From Pseudomonadota bacterium (GTDB taxonomy: Bacteria > Pseudomonadota > Gammaproteobacteria > Burkholderiales > Burkholderiaceae_C): 64,000 nt of DNA. Shown here piece by piece: positions 55,081 to 64,000 of the stretch. Location of the stretch: the NCBI GenBank assembly GCA_039800165.1, contig JBDLRH010000027.1, positions 368-64,367 of the forward strand, read 5' to 3'. Below the pieces are notes generated by a model. It was not told the origin of the DNA and ran no database searches. It saw only the letters and a list, made by a program, of their open reading frames with translations. A program made the position numbers and the translations under genes. Every line of letters begins with the position of its first letter. Position 1 is the first letter of the stretch.

Positions 55081-55114
55081 CAACAAAAACAAAAGGCGCC
55101 GGGTTGCGGCGCCT
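55081..55114 (-). terminator. rho-independent terminator on the minus strand
   Basis: The minus strand reads AGGCGCC-gcaaccc-GGCGCCT followed by TTTTGTTTTTGTTG. Confidence 0.7.
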
Positions 55115-55282
55115 GTTTCAGGGCATCTCGTCGGATGCTTTACTTCATTGGAGGTGTTGTTGAAATTCTCCTCGGTCCCCGACCCTGCGTGCTGACACGC
55201 GTCGAGTGCAGAGACTGTAGGAGCCGCAAGCGCTGGCCGCATCGGGGTAAGCCCTTGCCCGCTGGTAACTTGCCGTTTCAAG
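55115..55282 (-). ncRNA. candidate structured untranslated RNA (long 3-prime UTR, 3-prime-UTR-derived sRNA, or leader/riboswitch-like element)
   Basis: 168 nt with no credible ORF between the GMC stop and the terminator. Contains local hairpins (GCGTG-tcag-CACGC; GGAG...CTCC; GCATC-cgacga-GATGC). AT-richer than its surroundings. Confidence 0.3.
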
Positions 55283-56971
55283 TCAGCGCGCCGCGTCGGC
55301 GGCAATCCACTCGGCGGCCTTCTCGGCGATCATCAGGGTGGGCGAATTGGTGTTGCCGCTGGTGATGGTGGGCATGGCGCCGGCGTCCACCACCCGCAGG
55401 CCGGCGAACACGCCGCCGCGGCCGTCGCGCACCCGCAGCCGCGCATCCAGCACCGCCATCGGGTCGTCGTCGCGGCCCATCTTGGTGGTCCCCACCGGGT
55501 GGAAGATGGTGGTGGCAATGTCGCCGGCCAGCCGCGCCAGCTCGTCATCGCTCTGGAACTGCACGCCGGGCTTCCACTCTTGCGGCTGGTACCTGGCCAG
55601 TGCCGGCTGCGCCACGATGCGGCGCGTGACGCGCAGCGAATCGGCTGCCACCTTGCGGTCTTCCTCGGTGGACAGGTAGTTGGGCGCGATCGCCGGGGCA
55701 TCCTCGAAGCGCGCACTCTTGACTTGCACCGTGCCGCGGCTGGTGGGGTTGAGGTTGCAGACGCTGGCGGTAAAGGCCGGGAACGGGTGCAGCGGTTCGC
55801 CGAAGGCGTCCAGGCTCAGGGGCTGCACGTGGTATTCGATGTTCGGATGGACCTGATCGGCCGAGCTGCGGGTGAAGGCACCCAGCTGCGATGGCGCCAT
55901 GCTCATCGGCCCGCTGCGGCTGAGCAGGTACTCCAGCCCGATGCGCGCCTTGCCGATCCATGAGTTGGCCAGGGTGTTGAGCGTGGTGGCGCCCTGCACC
56001 TTGAACACCGCGCGGATTTGCAGGTGGTCTTGCAGGTTGCCGCCCACGCCGGGCAGGTCCTGCACCAGCGGAATGCCCAGCGGCTGCAGCAGTGTGGCCG
56101 GGCCGATGCCCGAGAGCTGCAGGATCTGCGGCGAACCGATGCTGCCTGCCGACAGGATGACCTCGTGCGCGGCGCGCACCGTCACCCGCTCTTCGCCGGT
56201 CCAGACCTCGGCGCCGGTGCAGCGGCGCGTGCCGTCGGGCTGCGTTTCGATCAGAAGCCGGGCCACCTGGGCCGAAGTCCACAGCTCGAAGTTCGGGCGG
56301 CCGTAGCAGGTGGGGCGCAGGAAGGCCTTGGCGGTGTTCCAGCGCCAGCCGGCCTTCTGGTTCACCTCGAAGTAGCCCACGCCCTCGTTGGTGCCGCGGT
56401 TGAAGTCGTCGGTGGCCGGAATGCCGGCCTGCTGGGCGGCCTGCGCGAACGCATCGAGGATGTCCCAGCGCAGGCGCTGCTTCTCGATGCGCCACTCGCC
56501 AGTGCTGCCGGTGCTCTTGTTGCCGTGCAGGCGCTTGAACTCGTCGCTGGCCGCGCCGGGAGCGTCGAGCTTCCAGTGGTCTTCGTGGCGTGTGAAGTAG
56601 GGCAGGGCCTGATCCCAGCTCCAGGTGTCGTCGCCGGTCAGCCGCGCCCACTGGTCGTAGTCGCGCGCCTGGCCGCGCATGTAGATCATGCCGTTGATGC
56701 TGGAGCAGCCGCCCAGCGACTTGCCGCGCGGGTAGCGCAGCGCGCGGCCGTTCAAGCCGGCGTCGGGCTCGGTCTTGTAGAGCCAGTCGGTGCGCGGGTT
56801 GCCGATGCAGTACAGGTAGCCCACCGGAATGTGGATCCAGTGGTAGTCGTCCTTGCCGCCGGCTTCGATCAGCAGCACCCGCTTGGACGGGTCGGCGCTC
56901 AGGCGGTTGGCCAGCAGGCAGCCGGCGGTGCCGGCGCCGACGATGACGTAGTCGAACTGCGCTTCGCTCAT
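55283..56971 (-). CDS. GMC-family FAD oxidoreductase (choline/alcohol dehydrogenase-like)
   Basis: FDYVIVGAGTAGCLLANRLS, GKSLGGCSSINGMIY, and a C-terminal HPVGTTKMG...GNTNSPTLMIAEKAA. Confidence 0.9.
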   Translation of the reverse strand: MSEAQFDYVIVGAGTAGCLLANRLSADPSKRVLLIEAGGKDDYHWIHIPVGYLYCIGNPRTDWLYKTEPDAGLNGRALRYPRGKSLGGCSSINGMIYMRGQARDYDQWARLTGDDTWSWDQALPYFTRHEDHWKLDAPGAASDEFKRLHGNKSTGSTGEWRIEKQRLRWDILDAFAQAAQQAGIPATDDFNRGTNEGVGYFEVNQKAGWRWNTAKAFLRPTCYGRPNFELWTSAQVARLLIETQPDGTRRCTGAEVWTGEERVTVRAAHEVILSAGSIGSPQILQLSGIGPATLLQPLGIPLVQDLPGVGGNLQDHLQIRAVFKVQGATTLNTLANSWIGKARIGLEYLLSRSGPMSMAPSQLGAFTRSSADQVHPNIEYHVQPLSLDAFGEPLHPFPAFTASVCNLNPTSRGTVQVKSARFEDAPAIAPNYLSTEEDRKVAADSLRVTRRIVAQPALARYQPQEWKPGVQFQSDDELARLAGDIATTIFHPVGTTKMGRDDDPMAVLDARLRVRDGRGGVFAGLRVVDAGAMPTITSGNTNSPTLMIAEKAAEWIAADAAR

Positions 56972-57037
56972 CGGCGGGTCCTCTTGCTTGTCTGCAGTGG
57001 CCTGACGCTGCTGCCCTGGGCGGTGACGGGGCGGTGC

Positions 57038-58579
<1,542 letters not shown>

Positions 58580-58723
58580 GGCGGGCTCCTGAAGGGGCGC
58601 ACGACCTGCGGTGCAAGGCTGCGCCAGTGGGGTTCTGGGGTGGGTTCGGGCGTCGCAGGGACGATCAGCCCCGGATTATCCGCGCCGACCGATCGCCGTG
58701 GGCGGGGTCGGTGGCCAGGGGGG

Positions 58724-60559
58724 TCACTGGAGTGACGGTGCCGGCAGCGCCCACGCGGCGGGCACCTGCACCGGCATCGTCAGCAGGATCTGCGCCATGC
58801 CCTTGCCCAGCGGATCGTTGCGCAGCGAGCTCATGCCGCCGCCATCGAGCGCCTGCTCGCAGACGAAGTTCATCGCGCCGATGCCCGGCAGCTCGTAGCG
58901 GCTGACCGGCCCGTGCACCAGGTGCGCCAGCCAGTGGCTCACCCGCTCGGGCGTGAGCTGCGCGCGCAGCAGCGGCAGCCATTCGGCGCGGCGAGCGATC
59001 ACGCCGATGTTGGAAATGTCGCCCTTGTCGCCGCTGCGCGCCCAGGCCAGCGCGACGAGCGGGACCTCGCGCGTGGGGCCGCTGAAGAGGCCATCGCCCT
59101 CGGTGGCTGCGCGGGATGGCGCCACTGCGGCGTTGCCTGTTGCTCCGTTGGCGGTATCGCACGGCACCGGCACTGCCGTTTCGTGGCCGTCCATGCGCAC
59201 GCTCGGTTGCAGCCTGCTCTTGTCCATCAGGAAGGCGAACTGGCGGATGCAGGGCGAGGGGCTGGGCCGCCCGCCGGCGCCGGTGGTACCGGGTGACCAG
59301 CTGGTGCCGGCGGGGGCGATCTCGCGCGCAAACAGCTCCAGCGCCGCCTTGTTCGGATGCATCACCGCCACCTGCAGCACCACCTCGCGTGCGGTCAGCC
59401 CGCGCGCCTGCGGGCCGTAGTTGCCGCGCTCGCTGCCCAGCACCTCGACGTGCGTGCGGCTGAAGTCGGACAGGCCCGCCTGCGCGAACAGCACGCGACA
59501 CCGCGCCAGGATCGCTTCGCCCGTGCGCTGCGCCTTGGCCACTGCATCGATGCCGACGATGGTGAGCTGCGCAGTGCAGCGAAAGCCGTCCATGTACGTT
59601 GCTGACACCTTGTAGCTGCCACCGGGGTGTTGGCCCCGCGCGCCTTCGACCCGCACCCGGTGCTCGCCGACGTCGCTGATGCGCACCTGGGTGAAGTCGC
59701 AACACACATCGGGCAGCCGGTAGGCCTGCGGGTCGCCGATCTCGTAGAGCATCTGCTCTGCCACCACCGCGCGGTTGACCAGCCCGCCGGTGCCTTCGGG
59801 CTTGGTGACGATGAAGTGGCCGTCGTCGTGGCATTCGATGACGGGGTAGCCGATGTGCGGCCAGTCGGGCACGTCGCGCCAGTCGGTGTGCAGGCCGCCG
59901 GTGGCCTGGCAGCCGCATTCGATGATGTGGCCGGCCAGGCTGCCCTGCGCAAGCCGGTCGAAGTCATCCGCCGGCCAGCCGAACTCATGCATCAGCGCGC
60001 CGAGCGTGACCGCGCTGTCCACGCAGCGGCCGGTGATCACCACCTGCGCGCCGGCATCCAGCGCCTGGCGGATCGGCAGCGCACCCAGATAGGCATTGGC
60101 GGTCAGCAAGCGCGCGGGCAGGGGCGCGCCGCTTTGCAGCTCACGCACGCCTTCACTGCGCAGGGCCTCCGCCTGCGGCATCACGTCGTCGCCCAGCACC
60201 ACCGCGATGCGGATGTCTACACCTTGCTCTGCCGCCACCGCGCGCAGCGCATCGGCGCAGGCCTGCGGGTTCACGCCCCCCGCGTTGCTGATCACGCGGA
60301 TACCGCGTTCGGCAATCTCGCGCAGCAGCGGCTTCATCGCCACCTGCACGAAGTCGGTGGCGTAGCCCAGCTCCGGGTTCTTGCCGCGCGCGGCCGCCAG
60401 GATGGACATGGTGAGTTCGGCCAGGTAGTCGAACACCAGATAGTCGATCCGCCCGGAGCGAACCAGTTGCGGCGCACCCACGCTGCTGTCGCCCCAGAAA
60501 CCTGAGGCGCCGCCGATGCGCACCACGCGCCGTGCGCTGCCTTGCTGCGGGTCGCCCAT
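58724..60559 (-). CDS. atuA: AtuA-family (acyclic terpene utilisation, DUF1446) protein with C-terminal DUF4387-like segment
   Basis: VRIGGASGFWGDS...IDYLVFDYLAELTMSIL. ATG at 60559 overlaps the upstream stop (TGATG). Confidence 0.8.
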   Translation of the reverse strand: MGDPQQGSARRVVRIGGASGFWGDSSVGAPQLVRSGRIDYLVFDYLAELTMSILAAARGKNPELGYATDFVQVAMKPLLREIAERGIRVISNAGGVNPQACADALRAVAAEQGVDIRIAVVLGDDVMPQAEALRSEGVRELQSGAPLPARLLTANAYLGALPIRQALDAGAQVVITGRCVDSAVTLGALMHEFGWPADDFDRLAQGSLAGHIIECGCQATGGLHTDWRDVPDWPHIGYPVIECHDDGHFIVTKPEGTGGLVNRAVVAEQMLYEIGDPQAYRLPDVCCDFTQVRISDVGEHRVRVEGARGQHPGGSYKVSATYMDGFRCTAQLTIVGIDAVAKAQRTGEAILARCRVLFAQAGLSDFSRTHVEVLGSERGNYGPQARGLTAREVVLQVAVMHPNKAALELFAREIAPAGTSWSPGTTGAGGRPSPSPCIRQFAFLMDKSRLQPSVRMDGHETAVPVPCDTANGATGNAAVAPSRAATEGDGLFSGPTREVPLVALAWARSGDKGDISNIGVIARRAEWLPLLRAQLTPERVSHWLAHLVHGPVSRYELPGIGAMNFVCEQALDGGGMSSLRNDPLGKGMAQILLTMPVQVPAAWALPAPSLQ

Positions 60560-61359
60560 CAACGGCCCGTCCAGTTCGGTGCGCGCTTGTCGCGAAAGGC
60601 GGCCTGGCCTTCCTTCGCGTCTTCGGTCAGCGCGAACAGCGCGATCTGGCTTTCAGTGAAAGCCATGCTCTGCTCGAAGTCCATGGTCTCCACGGCCTTC
60701 ATCAGGTACAGGCCGCGGCGCACGGCCGAAGGCGACTTGTCGAGCAGCCGGCCCAGCAGCCAGGCGAGCTTGGCGTCAAGGTCGTCGCCCACATGGTTGA
60801 CGAGACCGATGGCCAGCGCCTGCTCGGCGGTGATCGGCTCGCCGGTGATGCTCATCTCGACCAGCACGCGGCGCGGGATCAGGTGCTGCAGCACGCTCAT
60901 CACCTGCGCCGGGAACACGCCCACCTTCACCTCGGGCAGGCCGAACACCGCATGGCGTGCCGCCACCGCCAGGTCGCACATCGACAGCAGGCCCATGCCA
61001 CCGGCCATGCAGGCACCGTTGACGCGTGCGATCAGCGGCACGTGACTGGCACGCGCGGTACGCAGCAGCTCGGCAAACAGCGCGCGCGGCTGCGACGGGT
61101 CCATCGCAAAGGCGCTGCCCGATTGCAGGTCGGCGCCGGCACAGAAGGCCTTGTCGCCGGCGCCGGTGATCACGATGGCGCGGATGCTGCGGTCGTCCTG
61201 TGCGCGCGCAATCGCATCGCGCATGCCGTCGATGACCGCCGGGCTCATCGCATTGCGGCGCGGCTCGCGGCAGATGGTGAGCGTCAGCACCGCGTCGCGC
61301 AGGCTGACATCCAGTTCGCATGGCGTGCCGGTGCCGCCGGCCGACGATGGAGTATTCAT
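60559..61359 (-). CDS. enoyl-CoA hydratase/isomerase family protein
   Basis: AIVITGAGDKAFCAGADL, LIARVNGACMAGGMGL. Confidence 0.85.
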   Translation of the reverse strand: MNTPSSAGGTGTPCELDVSLRDAVLTLTICREPRRNAMSPAVIDGMRDAIARAQDDRSIRAIVITGAGDKAFCAGADLQSGSAFAMDPSQPRALFAELLRTARASHVPLIARVNGACMAGGMGLLSMCDLAVAARHAVFGLPEVKVGVFPAQVMSVLQHLIPRRVLVEMSITGEPITAEQALAIGLVNHVGDDLDAKLAWLLGRLLDKSPSAVRRGLYLMKAVETMDFEQSMAFTESQIALFALTEDAKEGQAAFRDKRAPNWTGR

Positions 61360-61369
61360 CTGAGGCCCT

Positions 61370-61861
61370 TCATGGCTTGCCTGCTGCTGCTGCCACCGGT
61401 GCACCGGGCTGGCGGCGGCGGAACATGCCGTAGCCTTCCATGTGCAGCACCTGCTCGCCCTTCTGGTTGAACATCTTCCAGACGGTGCGCACCAGGCCCA
61501 CGTCGGGGCGGCTGTTCATCGGCCGCGCTTCAAGGATGTGGTGTTCCAGCCGCAGCGTGTCGCCAGGGTGCACCGGCTTGAGCCACTTCACCGAATCGAG
61601 CCCGGGCGAGCCCAGGCTGGAGGAATAGCGCAGGAAGTTGTTGACCATCAGCCGCATCGCCAGCGAGCAGGTGTGCCAGCCGCTGGCGCTCAGGCGGCCA
61701 AACACCGAGTCGCGCGCGCCTTCTTCGCTCAGGTGAAACGGCTGCGGATCGAACTGCTCGGCAAACGAGATGATCTCCTCGGCGGTGATGGTGTGCTGGC
61801 CGAGCTCGCGCACCACGCCGGGCGTCATGTCTTCCCACCAGAACCGTGCGTCGGCGTGCAT
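61370..61861 (-). CDS. MaoC-like (R)-specific hydratase / hot-dog fold protein
   Basis: FAEQFDPQPFHL...SGWHTCSLAMRL...VHPGDTLR. Confidence 0.8.
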   Translation of the reverse strand: MHADARFWWEDMTPGVVRELGQHTITAEEIISFAEQFDPQPFHLSEEGARDSVFGRLSASGWHTCSLAMRLMVNNFLRYSSSLGSPGLDSVKWLKPVHPGDTLRLEHHILEARPMNSRPDVGLVRTVWKMFNQKGEQVLHMEGYGMFRRRQPGAPVAAAAGKP

Positions 61862-62619
61862 CAGCGGCCTCCGGTCACGTCCAGCAATGCCATGGTGGTG
61901 TAGCTGGCCTCGTCGGACAGCATCCAGACGATGGCATTGGCGATCTCGTCGGCGCTACCGCCCCGCTGCATGGGCACCTGGTGCGCAAGGTCGCGTACGC
62001 GGTCGGGCTGCCCTCCGGAGGCGTGGATCTCGGTTTCGACAAGACCGGGGCGCACGGCGTTCACGCGGATGCCCTCCGTCGCCACCTCCTTCGCCAGACC
62101 GATGGTCATCACGTCGATCGCGCCCTTGGATGCGGCGTAGTCCACATACTGTGCCGGCGAGCCCAGCCGCGCTGCGGCGCTGGACACGTTGACAATGACC
62201 CCGCCGCTGCCCCCGTGGCGCGTGCTCATGCGCCTGACCGCCTCGCGCGCGCACAGGAAGGCGCCGATCACGTTGATGTCGAACATGCGCCGCAGACGCT
62301 GCGCACTCATGCCGTCGACGCGTTCTGCCACATCGACCACGCCAGCGTTGTTGACCAGCGCATCAAGCCGGCCGAGCTTGGCGTCGACCTTCTCGAACAT
62401 CGCCATCACCTGCGCCTCGTCGGCCACGTCGGCCTGCACGGTGATGGCGCTGCCGCCGCCGGCGCGGATCTGGCGCACCACCTCGTCGGCGGCCAGCGAG
62501 TTCGATGTGTAGTTGACCGCCACCCCGTAGCCGCGGCGTGCGGCCAGCAGGGCGGTGGCGGCGCCGATGCCGCGGCTGCCGCCGGTCACGAGCACCACTT
62601 TCTGGGGGGAAGCAGACAC
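61861..62619 (-). CDS. short-chain dehydrogenase/reductase (SDR)
   Basis: VVLVTGGSRGIG, NNAG, YAASKGA. GTG at 62619 preferred because AAGGAGA lies 6 nt upstream. Stop overlaps the MaoC start (TGATG). Confidence 0.85.
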   Translation of the reverse strand: MSASPQKVVLVTGGSRGIGAATALLAARRGYGVAVNYTSNSLAADEVVRQIRAGGGSAITVQADVADEAQVMAMFEKVDAKLGRLDALVNNAGVVDVAERVDGMSAQRLRRMFDINVIGAFLCAREAVRRMSTRHGGSGGVIVNVSSAAARLGSPAQYVDYAASKGAIDVMTIGLAKEVATEGIRVNAVRPGLVETEIHASGGQPDRVRDLAHQVPMQRGGSADEIANAIVWMLSDEASYTTMALLDVTGGR

Positions 62620-62687
62620 CTGGCGTCTCCTTGACGTCGTCACGCGTTAAGCTAGCCGCAAATTACAGCACCAACGCGGAGAAGCGC

Positions 62688-63293
62688 GTGTCGCGCACGA
62701 TCGATTACTACTTTGCCCCGCAAAGCCCCTGGACTTACCTCGGCCACGAGCGCTTTGTGGCGCTGGCACGCGCCACCGGCTGCACGGTACGGGTGCTGCC
62801 CGCCGACTACGGCGCCATCTTCCCGGTCTCGGGCGGCCTGCCGCTGGGCAAGCGCGCGCCGCAGCGCCAGGCCTACCGGCTGGTGGAGCTGCGCCGCTTC
62901 AGCGAGGCGCTGGACCTGCCGATGAACCTGCAGCCGCGTTTTTTCCCGGTGGCGGGAGATGATGCGGCGCGGCTCATCATCGCAGTGGACCTGGCCGATG
63001 GCGCAGAGGCGGCGCTGTCGCTCAGCGGCGCGGTGTTTCGCGCCTGCTGGGTGCAAGAGCGCGACATCGCCAGCGCGCAGACGCTCAGCGAACTGCTCGC
63101 CGAATGTGCCTTGAGTGCCGATCGCCTGGCGCAGTCGCAGCAGCCGGCGGTGCTGCAGCGCTACGCCGCCTATACCCAGCAGGCGATCGACGCCGGCGTG
63201 TTCGGTGCGCCGAGCTACGTGGTCGATGGCGAGATCTTCTGGGGCCAGGACCGGATCGATTTTCTGGAGCGCAAGCTCCGCAACACCCGCTGA
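62688..63293 (+). CDS. 2-hydroxychromene-2-carboxylate isomerase family (DsbA-like) protein
   Basis: IDYYFAPQSPWTYLG...GVFGAPSYVVDGEIFWGQDRI. GTG start after GGAGAAG. Confidence 0.8.
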   Translation: MSRTIDYYFAPQSPWTYLGHERFVALARATGCTVRVLPADYGAIFPVSGGLPLGKRAPQRQAYRLVELRRFSEALDLPMNLQPRFFPVAGDDAARLIIAVDLADGAEAALSLSGAVFRACWVQERDIASAQTLSELLAECALSADRLAQSQQPAVLQRYAAYTQQAIDAGVFGAPSYVVDGEIFWGQDRIDFLERKLRNTR

Positions 63294-63308
63294 CAAGGAG
63301 AGGACACG

Positions 63309-63992
63309 ATGGGAAGCTTTGTTGAACTGACTTCGGCCGATGGCGCCAAGGTGCCGGCGTATGTGGCGCAGCCGTCGGGCAAGCCCAAGGGCGGCGTTGT
63401 GGTGCTGCAGGAGATCTTTGGCGTCAACGCGCACATCCGCAACGTGGCCGACGGCTATGCCGCCGAGGGCTACCTGGCGGTGGCTCCGGCCACCTTCCAC
63501 CGCGTGAAGGCGGGTGTGGAGCTCGGCTACACCCAGGAAGACATGACCGCGGGCTTTGGCCTCAAGACCGCGGTGGAGGGCCTGAGCGGCCAGGGCGTGA
63601 TGCCCGACATCCAGGCCGCCATCGACCATGCGGCGCAGGCAGGCAAGGTGGGCATCGTCGGCTACTGCTGGGGCGGTCTGCTGACCTGGCGCTCGGCCTG
63701 CCTGCTCAAGGGCCTGAGTGCGGCCGCACCGTACTACGGCGGCGGCGTGACATCGCCCGAGGAGTCGGCGCGCAAGCCGGGCGTGCCGGTGCTGGCGCAC
63801 TTTGGCGAGCGCGACCACTGGATTCCGATGGACACGGTCGAGGCCTTCCGCCAGGCCCACCCCGAGGTCGAGGTGCATGTGTATGCCGCAGACCACGGCT
63901 TCAACTGCGACCAGCGCGGCTCGTGGGATGCGGCGGCGGCCAAGCTCGCGCGCGAGCGCACGTTGGCCTTCTTCGCCAGGCACCTGGCCTGA
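63309..63992 (+). CDS. dienelactone hydrolase family protein
   Basis: GGVVVLQEIFGVN, nucleophile GYCWGG, ADHGF. Confidence 0.85.
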   Translation: MGSFVELTSADGAKVPAYVAQPSGKPKGGVVVLQEIFGVNAHIRNVADGYAAEGYLAVAPATFHRVKAGVELGYTQEDMTAGFGLKTAVEGLSGQGVMPDIQAAIDHAAQAGKVGIVGYCWGGLLTWRSACLLKGLSAAAPYYGGGVTSPEESARKPGVPVLAHFGERDHWIPMDTVEAFRQAHPEVEVHVYAADHGFNCDQRGSWDAAAAKLARERTLAFFARHLA

Positions 63993-64000
63993 GCGCGCAG

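Noticed and set aside
55054-55305. An 83-aa minus-strand ORF (with an internal 62-aa ATG version) and a 2-codon MK mini-ORF in the GMC/hypothetical spacer.
   Set aside because: The ORF has no ribosome-binding site. It reads straight through the terminator hairpin and into the next gene's start, and its composition is not protein-like. The mini-ORF's GGAG lies too far (about 20 nt) from its ATG.

Overview
This is a GC-rich window (about two-thirds G+C by eye, not computed). It looks like core chromosome of a Burkholderiales/Comamonadaceae-type betaproteobacterium; that placement is an inference from protein families and synteny, with no database search run. I call about 75 protein genes, 2 tRNAs, and several promoters, terminators and short repeats.

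Gene content:
- A purine cluster (purC, purE, purK, with purU further on) and fba.
- t6A genes (tsaC; tsaB-rimI) followed by a family-4 UDG.
- dacB, tgt-queA, recG-oxyR-ubiA, proC and glpK-glpD.
- A complete spc/alpha ribosomal block (rplN through rplQ, including secY, infA, rpmJ and rpoA) that starts at its own near-consensus promoter directly behind glpD. An initiator tRNA and tRNA-Arg follow it.
- A catabolic block on the minus strand: SDR-MaoC-ECH-AtuA, then mmsA and a GMC oxidoreductase.

I recognise no rRNA, CRISPR array, IS/transposase, integrase or phage gene. I cannot point to a clear-cut novel multi-gene system.

The observations most worth a second look:
1. A photolyase-homology protein whose domain order looks circularly permuted.
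2. A family-4 UDG next to rimI carrying an N-terminal peptide that resembles the DNA Pol III psi (HolD) N-terminus.
3. A DUF3108 gene split by a frameshift exactly at a C8/G8 homopolymer, embedded in short in-frame tandem repeats.
4. About 170 nt of structured, apparently non-coding sequence ending in a strong intrinsic terminator, between the GMC oxidoreductase gene and a conserved hypothetical gene.
5. An orphan ORF with a palindromic, AT-rich upstream site wedged between two tRNA genes.

All long Arg/Ala/Gly-rich ORFs antisense to recognisable genes are treated as high-GC artefacts.
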